Assembly (NCBI GenBank): GCA_905250115.1
Contig: CAJNOI010000116.1
Span: 158,664 to 177,027 of the forward strand
DNA from: Adineta steineri
Lineage: Eukaryota
Direction of reading: 5' to 3'
DNA length: 18,364 bases
Shown: positions 1 to 10,497 of the stretch, in pieces
How the letters are laid out: each line of letters begins with the position of its first letter
How positions within the stretch are numbered: the first letter of the stretch is position 1
Notes under the pieces: generated by a model
Seen by the model: only the letters and a program-made list of their open reading frames with translations
The model's database searches: none
Told to the model about the DNA's origin: nothing
Made by a program: the position numbers and the translations under genes

Positions 1-48
1 TGTTCTTGTTATATTGACTATTTCATTTGTCAATAATGAATAAAAAAA

Positions 49-1446
49 TCAAGTGCGTGGTTGTTGATGACGAATATTGGCTTGAGCATTTCCATTTACA
101 GTTGGTGGTAATACATTCTGATTAATATTAATTGTATTGTTTCCAGTTGTACATCCAGCTAATCGATAAATAATCTTAATAAATTTAATAAATTCATCAC
201 GAAATAATTTTGATGTCAAACAATGAACATAGAAGTTGATCTATATACAACATATATAAAAGTATTGATATCACATTATATATATACATTTAAGGAATTA
301 TTTTCAGCATTAATCTTTCATTAGTCTTAATTATTATTGAAAAATATGGAAATCTATTTTTCTAGACTATTCTCTTCTGCTACTTATTGAATAATTAAAA
401 CAAAACAATAGAATTCGATACTCATTAAAAAGAAACTTATTAAAATAATTCTTTAATGACTTACGGCATAGTTAAAGCTGAGTAATACAGTGAGTATAGC
501 TGTTTCATTGACAATTTCATTTTCATCAATTGTTGTATTAGCAAAAATTGCATAGGCAGCTACAATTTGACGAATACTAACAGGTAATGTTGTGATAAAG
601 AATATCATGATACTTGATATCATCAAAATCAACATTTGTCGATGTAAACGTGCTTGACGTAACTGCTGTGTCTGATTCATTCCAACTGTTTGAATACGAG
701 ATTTTGTTTTTTGTATAGTTCGATGAATGTCAATACTGCCAAGAAGCATCAATGTTGCAGGAATTAGACAAACAAAGAATACCTTATAGACAAAAATAAA
801 AAGAATATCTTTCATATATGAAATCGTCTGAGTCTCTTACTTGAATGAAAGGCCACTGAACAAAAAAAAATAATGTATATGGAGTCCAAAGCTGTACAGG
901 TCCACATGCTACTGTTGCAATACCAGGGAAAAATTTACCAAAGAATTCAGCACTCAACATATGACTATGTAGACTAATTCCAACAATTATAATGCATATT
1001 GTAACAATGATGACATTCTTATGTGTACACCATTTATTAGCTTTAAATGGTAAACGTGTTCTAAGCCACCGATCAATTGTGACAAACACAAGAATCCAAG
1101 CTGAACAGAATTGAGTCAAGCCCTTCAAGAACCAACGAAATCGACATAAACTATCGTAGTTTGTTAATAGAATTGGTTCTTGTGTCAAACCAACTTCAAT
1201 AAAGTCAAAAATTGACACAAGTAGAAATAAACTATCGGAGACAGCCAAAATGAGAAAAAGAAAGGCAGTAGAAGTGGCACGTAATGTTATTTGCATAAAT
1301 GTTGCCATACTTGCTAGGTTACCTGTGAATCCACATAGGAATATAAATCCTAATCCATAACGATACAAAAGAACAACAACCGGAGAATTCGAAGGACCAG
1401 TATATACAGATGCATCATAAATAACACTAATATTTGTTGTGTTCAT
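49..1446 (-). CDS. Rhodopsin-like (class A) orphan GPCR, tandem copy 1. Three exons: 841..1446, 465..782, 49..240; product ~371 aa.
   Basis: Seven hydrophobic segments are present, with these class-A landmarks:
- GN in TM1 (FTGNLAS)
- LAVSD in TM2
- Cys in ECL1 and ECL2
- DRW at the end of TM3
- W in TM4 (KWC)
- P in TM5 (WPF) and in TM6 (FFITTLPV)
- N-glycosylation sites in the N-terminus (NTTNIS)

ORFs 784..1446 and 453..815 are joined by a 58-nt intron (783..840; donor CAA|GTAAGA, acceptor ctataag|GTA) that restores a continuous TM5.

Exon 2 ends at a perfect donor GCC|GTAAGT (465), directly after ...SFNYA. A 224-nt intron ends at tatatag|ATC (241). Exon 3 reads INFYVHCLTSKLFRDEFIKFIK..., i.e. 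the end of TM7 plus a helix-8 F-R-x-x-F motif, and runs to a TGA at 49-51.

The same structure occurs in all three copies. Confidence 0.8.
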
Positions 1447-3162
1447 TGTGGTGATATGTTCTCCTTTGATATAGTTAATTGCTTATATTCACTAAGAAAT
1501 ATTTCTCACAGTTTATATATGTTGATAAAGCAATTATATTGTGTATGTAGAATTAAAAAGCAATTATATGAAGTATTATTACGCTAATCTTCTCTCTTGG
1601 ATCAGATGATACTTTGTTTTCACAATATTAACTGAAAAAAGTGAACTTACAGGTACAAGATAAAGTGATGATTGGAATTATATAATAACGCAAGCCTATT
1701 AAAAGTATTTCTATGTAAATAAAGTTTAAAAAACACATACGTCATCGAATGAATTGAACCATTTTAAATTTAAATTGTTTTTCTATTAATTCTCCATAGA
1801 ATTTAATATGTTTAAGCAGTTTTGTTCTTTCCAATTCGTTGCAATACAAGGTATACAGTTAAGACGTTCATCTTCCTTCTCTTCCTTCTATGATTGTTAA
1901 GATATTTTAGACTTCATCATCTATTTTTCACTTGTTATTGACCAATCTTTTCTGAGCAAAATTCATATATTTACTTATCAAGTCATAATAATTTATATAG
2001 AAAATTACATTTTTTTACTGAAGTTTTAACTAAAGTACTAAGCAAAACAAATTTTTAGTTAGAAATAATTAAACTTTTGACTTAGTATTTGCTTAAAACT
2101 ATTTTGCGTTCAAATATGAGCCATTTATAAATAAACTTAATCAGTCTTCATTCTAAATTGATATTAGATTAAGACTGTTAGCTTTTGACTTCACGCTTAA
2201 CAAATGAAATTATATCTTCATCATAATATTCACATTCATCTATCTTTTATTCAAAATATAAAATAGAACAAGAAACGAATTATTATTCTTCGATTGATGA
2301 TTTTCTCTAAAACACGATACTATATACTCGACTTAAATAAGATTTATCTGTTGATATTATCCGATTGTTCGTATATGTATCGAACTCAATACCGTGTTAA
2401 ATTTATCTAAATACGTCGTTGTTTTTCGAATATTTATTTGAATATGTGTCTGATATCTGTAAGAAGTAATAAAATCGTTCAGTAACTACAGTTTTGAAAA
2501 ATCCTGAATATAGTGTTAATCATAATCATTATCAAAAAAATATATTCAATAAGGTAAGTTTTATAATAAAAGATTTTTTGACATTTCTATTGATAGTTGA
2601 ACAACTTCTACAAATAATATACTTGGTAAAAGTAAAATTAATTAATAGGCTTCAGCTTGTAATACCCCATTTTCAAAACTAAATGAAACGTTATGTAAAG
2701 TGAAATGTAATAATCAGAAAAAGACATAATAATGAATTATAAGCACGACTTCGTTTTTTTCATTATCGATAAATTACATTACCACATCTCTCTTTTATCT
2801 TCTCTTTTGTTTGACATTTTTTCTTTCAGTTTTCTATTAATGGTTGTATAAAAAACAACCTAGTCTTTTTTATCTGCATCAGATTTGGTTTGCTTTTCAA
2901 TGAAACTTATATAAATTAACATATTAAGACTATTATACTATATTTCAATAAAAAAAAGTATTCTTTGATTTGGCGGTCTTAGTTTGAATGTCTTCCGTTC
3001 ATCAACCACAATACACCCACACTCAGTGGCTTTTTTATATTAATTGATTATTAATATTAAATAAAATGAAATGACAACAAAAATATTTACAGCAATCAAA
3101 GTCAGAAGAGTTTATGTTCTTGTTATATTGACTATTTCATTTGACAATAATGAATAAAAAAA

Positions 3163-4557
3163 TCAAGTGCGTGGTTGTTGATGACGAATATTGGCTTGAG
3201 TATTTCCATTTACAGTTGGTGGTAATACATTCTGATTAATATTAATTGTATTGTTTCCAGTTGTACCTCCAGCTAATCGATAGATGATCTTAATAAATTT
3301 AATAAATTCATCACGAAATAATTTTGATGTTAAACAATGCACATAAAAGTTGATCTATATATAATACAGGAAAGTATTGATATCACATTATATAATTACA
3401 CTCAAAGAATTATTTTCAGCATTAATCTTTCATTAGTCTTAATTATTATTGAAAAACATGGAAATCTATTTTTCTAGACTATTCTCTTCTGCTACTTATT
3501 GAATGATTGAAAAAACACGATAGAATTCGATACTCATTAATGAAAACTATTAAAAATGATTCATCCATGACTTACAGCATAGTTTAAGCTGAGTAATACA
3601 GTGAGTATAGCTGTTTCATTGACAATTTCATTTTCATCAATTGTTGTATTAGCAAAAATTGCATAGGCAGCTACAATTTGACGAATACTAACAGGTAATG
3701 TTGTGATAAAGAATATCATGATACTAGATATCATCAAAATCAACATTTGTCGATGTAAACGTGCTTGACGTAACTGCTGTGGCTGATTCATTCCAACTGT
3801 TTGAATACGAGATTTTGTTTTCTGTATAGCATGGTGAATGTCAATGCTACCAAGAAGCATTAATGCTACAGGAATTAGACAAACAAAGAATACCTTATAG
3901 ACAAAAATAAAAAGAATATCTTTCATATATGAAATCGTCTGAGTCTCTTACTTGAATGAAAGGCCACTGAACAAAAAAAAATAATGTATATGGAGCCCAA
4001 AACTGTACAGGTCCACATGCTACTGTTGCAATACCAGGGAAAAATTTACCAAAGAATTCAGCACTCAACATATGACTATGTAGACTAATTCCTATAGTTA
4101 TAATGCAGATTGTAACTATGATAACAGTTCTATGTGTACACCATTTATTTGCTTTGAATGGAAAACGTGTTCTAAGCCACCGATCAATTGTGACAAAAAC
4201 AAGAATCCAAGCTGAACAGAATTGAGTCAAGCCCTTTAAAAACCAACGAAATCGACATAAACTATCGTAGTTTGTTAATAGAATTGGTTCTTGTGTCAAA
4301 CCAACTTCAACAAAGTCGAAAATAGACACAAGTAGAAATAAACTATCGGAGACAGCCAAAATGAGGAAAAGAAAGGCAGTAGAAGTGGCACGTAATGTTA
4401 TTTGCATAAATGTTGCCATACTTGCTAGATTACCTGTGAATCCACATAGGAATATAAATCCTAATCCATAACGATATAAAAGAACAACAACCGGAGAATT
4501 TGAAGGACCAGTGTATGCAGGTGGATCATACATAACACTGTTATTTGTAATATTCAT
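3163..4557 (-). CDS. Rhodopsin-like orphan GPCR, tandem copy 2. Exons 3952..4557, 3576..3893, 3163..3354.
   Basis: Exon boundaries are identical to copy 1: a 58-nt intron (3894..3951), a GTAAGT donor after NYA at 3576, and a 221-nt intron.

The copy is about 95% identical to copy 1 at the protein level. In exon 3 most differences are synonymous (INFYVHCL..IIYRLAGG..).

The N-terminus differs (MNITNNSVMYDPPAY). Confidence 0.8.
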
Positions 4558-5298
4558 TGTGATGGTATACTCTTCTTTGATGTAATTAATTATTTATATT
4601 TCTCTGTAAATATCTCTGACGGTTTATATATGACTATAAAGCATTCGTCGTATTGCGTATATTCACTTGAAAACTCGATTATACTTTGTAATAACAGATC
4701 AGTATTCTTTCTTGAATCAGATGATACTTAATGTTCGCGATATTAACTGAAAAAAGTAAAGTTAAAAGAACAACAAAATAAAGTGATAATGGAATTAGAT
4801 ATGAAAATGATTTGAATCTTCACAAGGACTATCGAATCAATCGTTATAAAATATGTATCGATATCGATTTGATCTTTGGAAAATGATATTTCGTTTCGAA
4901 TTCTGTACAGTTTAGAAATAAACTAATCAGTCTTAATTCTAAATTGATACTGACTATCATGTCTTGTTCGTAACGTGCACATTCACCTATTTTTTATTCT
5001 AACTATAAAATAGAACAAGAAAATAATAATTATTCTTCGATTGATGACTTCTATAGAATGCAGTAGCATATAATCAACTTAAATAATATTCATTCATTGA
5101 TATTAGTCGATTGTTCGTATATGTATCGAACTCAATCCTACTCGAAATTTATCTCAATACGTCGTTGTTTTTCGAATATTTATTTAAATATGTGTCTAAT
5201 ATCTGTAAGAAGTAACAGAATCTTGTCAAAAAAATTTCCACAAAGTAGTAATAAGTATTTTAATCAAAATGTATTTCGAGAAGAGTAAAAGGACATAG

Positions 5299-5354
5299 AC
5301 TTACCGTTTGAAAAGCGACCATGTAATTTCTAACGAAGAAACGCGCTTATATAG
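5299..5354 (-). promoter_or_regulatory. Putative upstream promoter plus short non-coding leader exon for GPCR copy 2. On the minus strand: TATA box CTATATAAG (5346..5354), about 41 nt, then donor CG|GTAAGT (exon end 5305, intron from 5304).
   Basis: The minus strand reads catCTATATAAGcgcgtttcttcgttagaaattacatggtcgcttttcaaacg|GTAAGTcta.

The same TATA box plus consensus donor is conserved in unit 3 (TATA 8666..8674; donor exon end 8625).

It lies about 750 bp upstream of the GPCR ATG. A candidate acceptor, atatttacag|AG, lies about 55 nt upstream of the ATG at 4557. Confidence 0.4.
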
Positions 5355-6723
5355 ATGTGAAGAGGCGAAGAGAGAGAGATTATCAAATTTAAATAGAAAA
5401 CTAAAAAGCAAGGACATTAATGACAAAAGAGAAACCGAGGGTGAAAAAGTAGTTAGCTGAGAACCTCGACAGATATAATACGCATAGGTGAATCAAAATC
5501 TGTAATTTATTTAACTTATAGTCGTTTATGACATTAAAAAAAGTAAAAATTTGTTAGTGTCAAAAGTTTTGAAAACTTTTGACTACTGTGTTAATCATAA
5601 TCATTATCAAAAAAACATATTCAATAATGTAAATCTTGTAGTGGAGAATTTTTTCATATTTCTATTGATAATTGAACATTCTCTACAAAATATATACTTC
5701 GTACTTTTTCAATGATACAATTATCGAATTCTCTAAAATTAAAACTGTTTCCGATATGAGTTGGAAATCTTTCTAAATCAAACATATATTCAATATTAAA
5801 TAATTCTTTTATTCTTCAATGTTTAACAATTTCCAGTTATGAAATAAAGTTACAGTGACCAGTTTTTTTTTTCCATAAAATAATATATAAAATGTTCTCA
5901 AAGAACGATAATTCATCTAGGTAGAGGATTCTGCATGTGTATCAGTTCAGGTACCCGGAACTTTGTTAGTTCTATTATTATCATTTCTAATGAGCGCACG
6001 TCACAGGAGTTAGTCATGCTTATTTCTTTTGCCTGAGTTTCTTTTTGTTTAGGAAAATATATCAGTAAGGACAATCTTCCATTTTTGTATATTTTATATC
6101 GAATAAGATAAGAAACAATAAATTAGATTAGATTTTGATACATATATAAAAGAAAAATAGTTAAGCATTTTTGTTTTTATTTCGAAGATGTTATAAAAAA
6201 AGTGAATGTGAATAAAAATAAATTATTAGACTTCAGTTTATAATGAGCCATTTTTATAATTAGATGGTAAGTTATCTGGGAATAAAAGTAACATCTAAAA
6301 AAGAAATAATAATGAGTTACAAGCATGATTTCTTTCTTTTCACTATCTCATCTCTTTTATCTTTTTCGTTTGATATTTTTTTATCCTCTTTCTATTACTG
6401 GTGACATGAAAAAACAATCTAGTCTTTTTTATCTGCTTGAAATCTATGTTTGAGTTTCAATAAAGTTTATGTAAACTAATAAATAAAGACTCATACTATA
6501 TTTCAACAGAAAACAATCTTTTTTTCAGTTGACGGTGTTAGGTGTGGATTTGAATGTCTTCTGTTCATCAACCACAATACACCCACACTCAAAGGTTTTT
6601 TTTATATTAATTGATGATTAATATGAAATAAAATGGCAAAAAATTATTTACATCAATCAAAGTAAGAAGAGTCAATGTTCTTATTATATTGAGTATTTTA
6701 TTTGTCAATAATGAATGAAAAAA

Positions 6724-8092
6724 TTAAGAGTGTGATTGTTTATGACGAATATTGGCTTGAACATTTCCATTTGCAACCGATGGCATTATAGTATGATTAA
6801 TATTAATTGTATTGTTTCCAGTTGTACCTCCAGCTAATCGATAGATGATCTTAATAAATTTAATAAATTCATCACGAAATAATTTTGATGTTAAACAATG
6901 AACATAGAAGTTGATCTATATAAAATACACATCAAACAAATGAAAAAGTATTATATTAATTTTTCATTATATGTATATTTAAAGAATTGTTCCTACTGAA
7001 TGACTAAAACCAGATGAACGGCAAGAAAATTTCATCAGTAGAAATTGCTATAGCGATGAAATTCGGTACTCATTAAAAAAAACCCATTAAATATAATTCT
7101 TTAATGACTTACGGCATAGTTAAAGCTGAGTAATACAGTGAGTATAGCTAGATCATTGATAATTGGCTCTAAAGGTGTAGCTTTATTGGCAGAAATTGCA
7201 TAGGCAGCTGCAATTTGACGAATACTAACAGGTAATGTTGTGACAAAAAATATTATGATACTAGATATCATCAAAATCAACATTTGCCGATGTAAACGTT
7301 CATTACGTAACTGTTGTGGTTGATTCATCGCAACTGCTTGAATACGAGATTTTGTTTTCTGTATAGTACGATGAATGTCAATGCTGCCAAGAAGCATCAA
7401 TGTTGCAGGAATTAGACAGACAAAGAATACCTTATAGACAAACATGAAAAATATCCTTAATGTATTCAATCCACTATATCTCTTACTTGAATGAAAGGCC
7501 ACTGAATAAAAAAGAAATATGTATATGGAATCAAAAACTGTACAGGTCCACATGCCACTGTTGCAATACCAGGATAAAATTTACCAAAGAATTCAGCATT
7601 CAACATATGACTATGTAGACTAATTCCAATAATTGTAATGCATATTGTAACAATGACAACATTTCGATGTGTACACCATTTATTAGCTTTGAATGGAAAA
7701 CGTGTTCTAAGCCAACGATCAATTGTAACAAACACAAGAATCCAAGCTGAACAGAATTGAGTCAAGCCCTTTAGAAACCAACGCAATCGACATAAGTTGT
7801 CGTAGTTTGTTAATAGAATTGGTTCTTGTGTCAAACCAACTTCAACAAAGTCAAAAATTGACACAAACAAAAATAGAGTGTCGGAGATAGCCAAAATGAG
7901 AAAAAGAAAGGCAGTAGAAGTGGCACGTAATGTTGTTTGCATAAATGTTGCCATACTTGCTAGATTACCTGTGAATCCAAATAGGAATATAAATCCTAAT
8001 CCATAACGATACAAAAGAACAACAATTGGAGAATTTGAAGGACCAGTGTGTGCAGGTGGATCATAAATAACACTAATATTTGTACTATTCAT
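6724..8092 (-). CDS. Rhodopsin-like orphan GPCR, tandem copy 3 (most divergent). Exons 7487..8092, 7113..7430, 6724..6915.
   Basis: Donor CAA|GTAAGA, a 56-nt intron (7431..7486) and acceptor ctataag|GTA join ...QWPFIQ to VFFVCLIPATLMLL.

A second donor GCC|GTAAGT lies at 7113, followed by a 197-nt intron. Exon 3 reads INFYVHCLTSKLFRDEFIKFIKIIYRLAGG...IRHKQSHS*.

The extracellular N-terminus and the TM6-TM7 loop (ANKATPLEPIINDL versus ANTTIDENEIVNET) differ from copies 1 and 2. Confidence 0.78.
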
Positions 8093-8618
8093 TGTGATGG
8101 TATACTTTTTTTTAATGTAATTAATTATTTATATTTATCTATAAATACTTCTGATGGTTATATATGATCATAAAACATTCGTTGTATGGCGTATGTTCAC
8201 TTGAAAACACGATTATACTTTGTAATAACAGACCAGTGTTCCTTCTTGGATCAGATGATACTTTGTTTTCACAATACTAACTGAAAAAAGTAAAGTTAAA
8301 AGAAGTAGAAATTAAACGTTGTTCTTCAATTGATGATTTTCTCTAAAAGACGATTTACCCGTTAATATTAACCGGTTGCTCGTATATGTTTCAAATGGAA
8401 AATACTATTATACTGAACTAATTTTAATTAGAATATTCTACTAAAATTATCTCAATACGTCGTTGTTTTTTGGATATTTATTTGAATATGCGTCTAATAT
8501 CTGTAAGAAGTAATAGAATTTTTTCAAAAAATGAATTATTGAATAAACAGTAAAAAGTATTCTAAAATTTACATAACCTCCGACTTCGTACCGTTTGAAG
8601 TATTTTAATAAAAGATAG

Positions 8619-8674
8619 ACTTACCGTCTGAAAAACGACTATGTAATTTCTAATGAAGAAACGCGCTTATATAG
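8619..8674 (-). promoter_or_regulatory. Putative upstream promoter / leader-exon donor for GPCR copy 3; the homologue of 5299..5354.
   Basis: The minus strand has CTATATAAGcgcg...acatagtcgtttttcagacg|GTAAGTcta.

Its position is conserved relative to the copy 3 ATG (8092). Confidence 0.4.
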
Positions 8675-10149
8675 ATGTGAAAGAGGCGAAGAGAGAAAGA
8701 TTATCTAGTTTAAATAAAAAAACTAGGAGAAAAAGAACATTAATAATAAGATCGAAGTAGAAAGTGAAAACTAGTTGACTGAGAATCTTGTTATAAATAA
8801 CATGTAAGATTTAATTACAGTCTGTAATTTACTTGATTTGTTATTCTCTCTGACTATAATAAAAATAGAAATATGTTAGTGTTAACAATCGTCCACTAAT
8901 TATAGTTTTGAATACAATGTTAATCATAATCATTATTAAAAAAAAACATATTCAATAAGCTAGATTTTGTAGTGGAAGATTTTTTTATATTTCTGTTGAT
9001 AACGGAACATCCTCCACAAATTATATACTTGTTACAATTATTGGATTCTCTAAGATTAAAATTGTATCCTATTCAAATTAGAAATCTTTCGAAATTAAAT
9101 AAATCTTTAATGTTTAACAATTTGCAATTTTGAAATAAAGTTACAGTAATCATTCTTTTTCTATAAAATGATATAAATTTAAATATTCTCAAATGACGAT
9201 GATTCCATTTATGTCATGAATTCCACATGTGTATTAGTTCAGCTTCTCGGTACTTTGTTAGTTCTATTATCATCATTTCTAATGAGCGCACGTCAATATA
9301 TATAAAAGAAAAATAATTAAACATCTTTGTTTATATTTGGAAGATGTTATAACAAAAAAAAGTGAATGTGAATCAAAACGTAAAATTAATTATTATGCTT
9401 CAGTGTATAAAACGCCATTCTTATAATTAAATAATGAGTTATCTAAAGACAAAAGAAATAATAATGAATTATAAGCACAACTTCTTTCTTTTCATTATCT
9501 CATCTCTTTTATCTTCTCTTTCGTTTGATATTTCTTTTTTTATCCTTTTTTTTATTCCAGTTTTCTATTACTGGTTGTATAAAAAAACAACCTGGTCTTT
9601 TTTTATCTGCTTGAAATTTGTTGTTCTTTTCAATGAAGTTTATTTTGATTAATATATTAAGACTATTATACTGTATCTCAATAAAAAAAAGTGTCTTTTG
9701 ATATTAACCTCAATTTGTACTATAGATGTGTTAACCCAGCGTGTAGATAATCTTCTAGAATATGATTGCTTATTGTTCTCTACAGTGCAACACAATAATG
9801 ATAACTCTGAAAATGATTAAAGAAGCTAAAGTAATACTTTTCGAAGCTATATTTAGTGCAGTCATGTGGAACAGTATGAATTAGGTGTCGGCAGCATCTA
9901 CTATCACTTTGCTATTGTCTTTACGTCTAAGGCATATTTTCAAATCTATCGAATCAATGGGATGAGTTCTTAGATAAATAGAGTTGATGTTGAATTATTT
10001 GGTATAAATTTATACAAATAATTATTATCTAATATTATCATGTATGACTTTGAGAATATTCAGTCTTTCTGATCGTCTTTTTTTTGTAAAGTATATTGGT
10101 AGTATGATTTTCATTCAGAAAGCGAAGTAGGCATTATTTTGCCATTAAA

Positions 10150-10176
10150 TGACGTCACATTTATTGGAGGGATTGG
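10150..10176 (+). promoter_or_regulatory. Perfect palindromic CRE (TGACGTCA, 10150..10157) followed by two inverted CCAAT boxes (ATTGG at 10163..10167 and 10172..10176), about 340 bp upstream of the MVP ATG.
   Basis: The motif aaaTGACGTCAcatttATTGGagggATTGGtta is seen directly; its function is inferred only. Confidence 0.3.
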
Positions 10177-10421
10177 TTAAAGGTAGAGAAAATAAATAGT
10201 ACAGAATTGTGTTTGAAAAAGGTATAGCATATGTTTCTATTTGTTTTCTTTCGAAACAATCTATCATGGTCGTTATCAGAAGGAAGAAAAAAAAGAAAAA
10301 AAATTTCTCACATGTCATGATAGGTATAGTACGAGTATAGAACAGAATATCATGTTTCACAAGCTTGTGCAATAAATGATTCAATAAAATTATTGCACCA
10401 CCGTCACACAACTTATTGTCA

Positions 10422-10431
10422 TATATAAATA
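10422..10431 (+). promoter_or_regulatory. TATA box (TATATAAATA) 67-76 bp upstream of the MVP ATG.
   Basis: The sequence tatataaataagg lies immediately 5' of the MVP start codon (ATG 10498, A at -3). Confidence 0.5.
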
Positions 10432-10497
10432 AGGATCAAAATTCTTTCGCGAGCTTAAAAATATTCTAAATTGTAGTGTTTATTCTATTATAAAAAT

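Larger units (their letters stand above)
1..9700. repeat. Tandem segmental triplication of a GPCR gene plus flanks. Units are approximately 1..3114 (5'-truncated by the window edge), 3115..6664 and 6665..~9700.
   Basis: There is direct nucleotide homology between units over exons, introns and spacers. Conserved spacer blocks include:
- 1560-1700 / 4660-4810 / 8210-8320
- 2290-2480 / 5036-5230 / 8328-8530
- 2731-2950 / 6311-6520 / 9466-9690
- 2990-3030 / 6555-6600

Homology stops after about 9700. Confidence 0.85.

Noticed and set aside
453-1446. Overlapping ORF pairs (784..1446 / 453..815, and likewise in copies 2 and 3) look like frameshifted pseudogenes.
   Set aside because: The overlap is caused by a conserved 56-58 nt GT-AG intron (CAA|GTAAGA ... 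ctataag|G). Removing it restores a contiguous TM5 in all three copies, so the genes look intact.
2494-2682. Small plus-strand ORFs inside the GPCR spacers (2494..2682, 5097..5288, 9434..9652).
   Set aside because: They fall in conserved non-coding spacer blocks, but the reading frames are not conserved between units. They are low-complexity AT-rich translations and were treated as spurious.
10145-10411. An 88-aa minus-strand ORF upstream of MVP.
   Set aside because: It contains a poly-Phe run translated from an A/T homopolymer, overlaps the MVP promoter (CRE, CCAAT, TATA), and has no splice or domain support.
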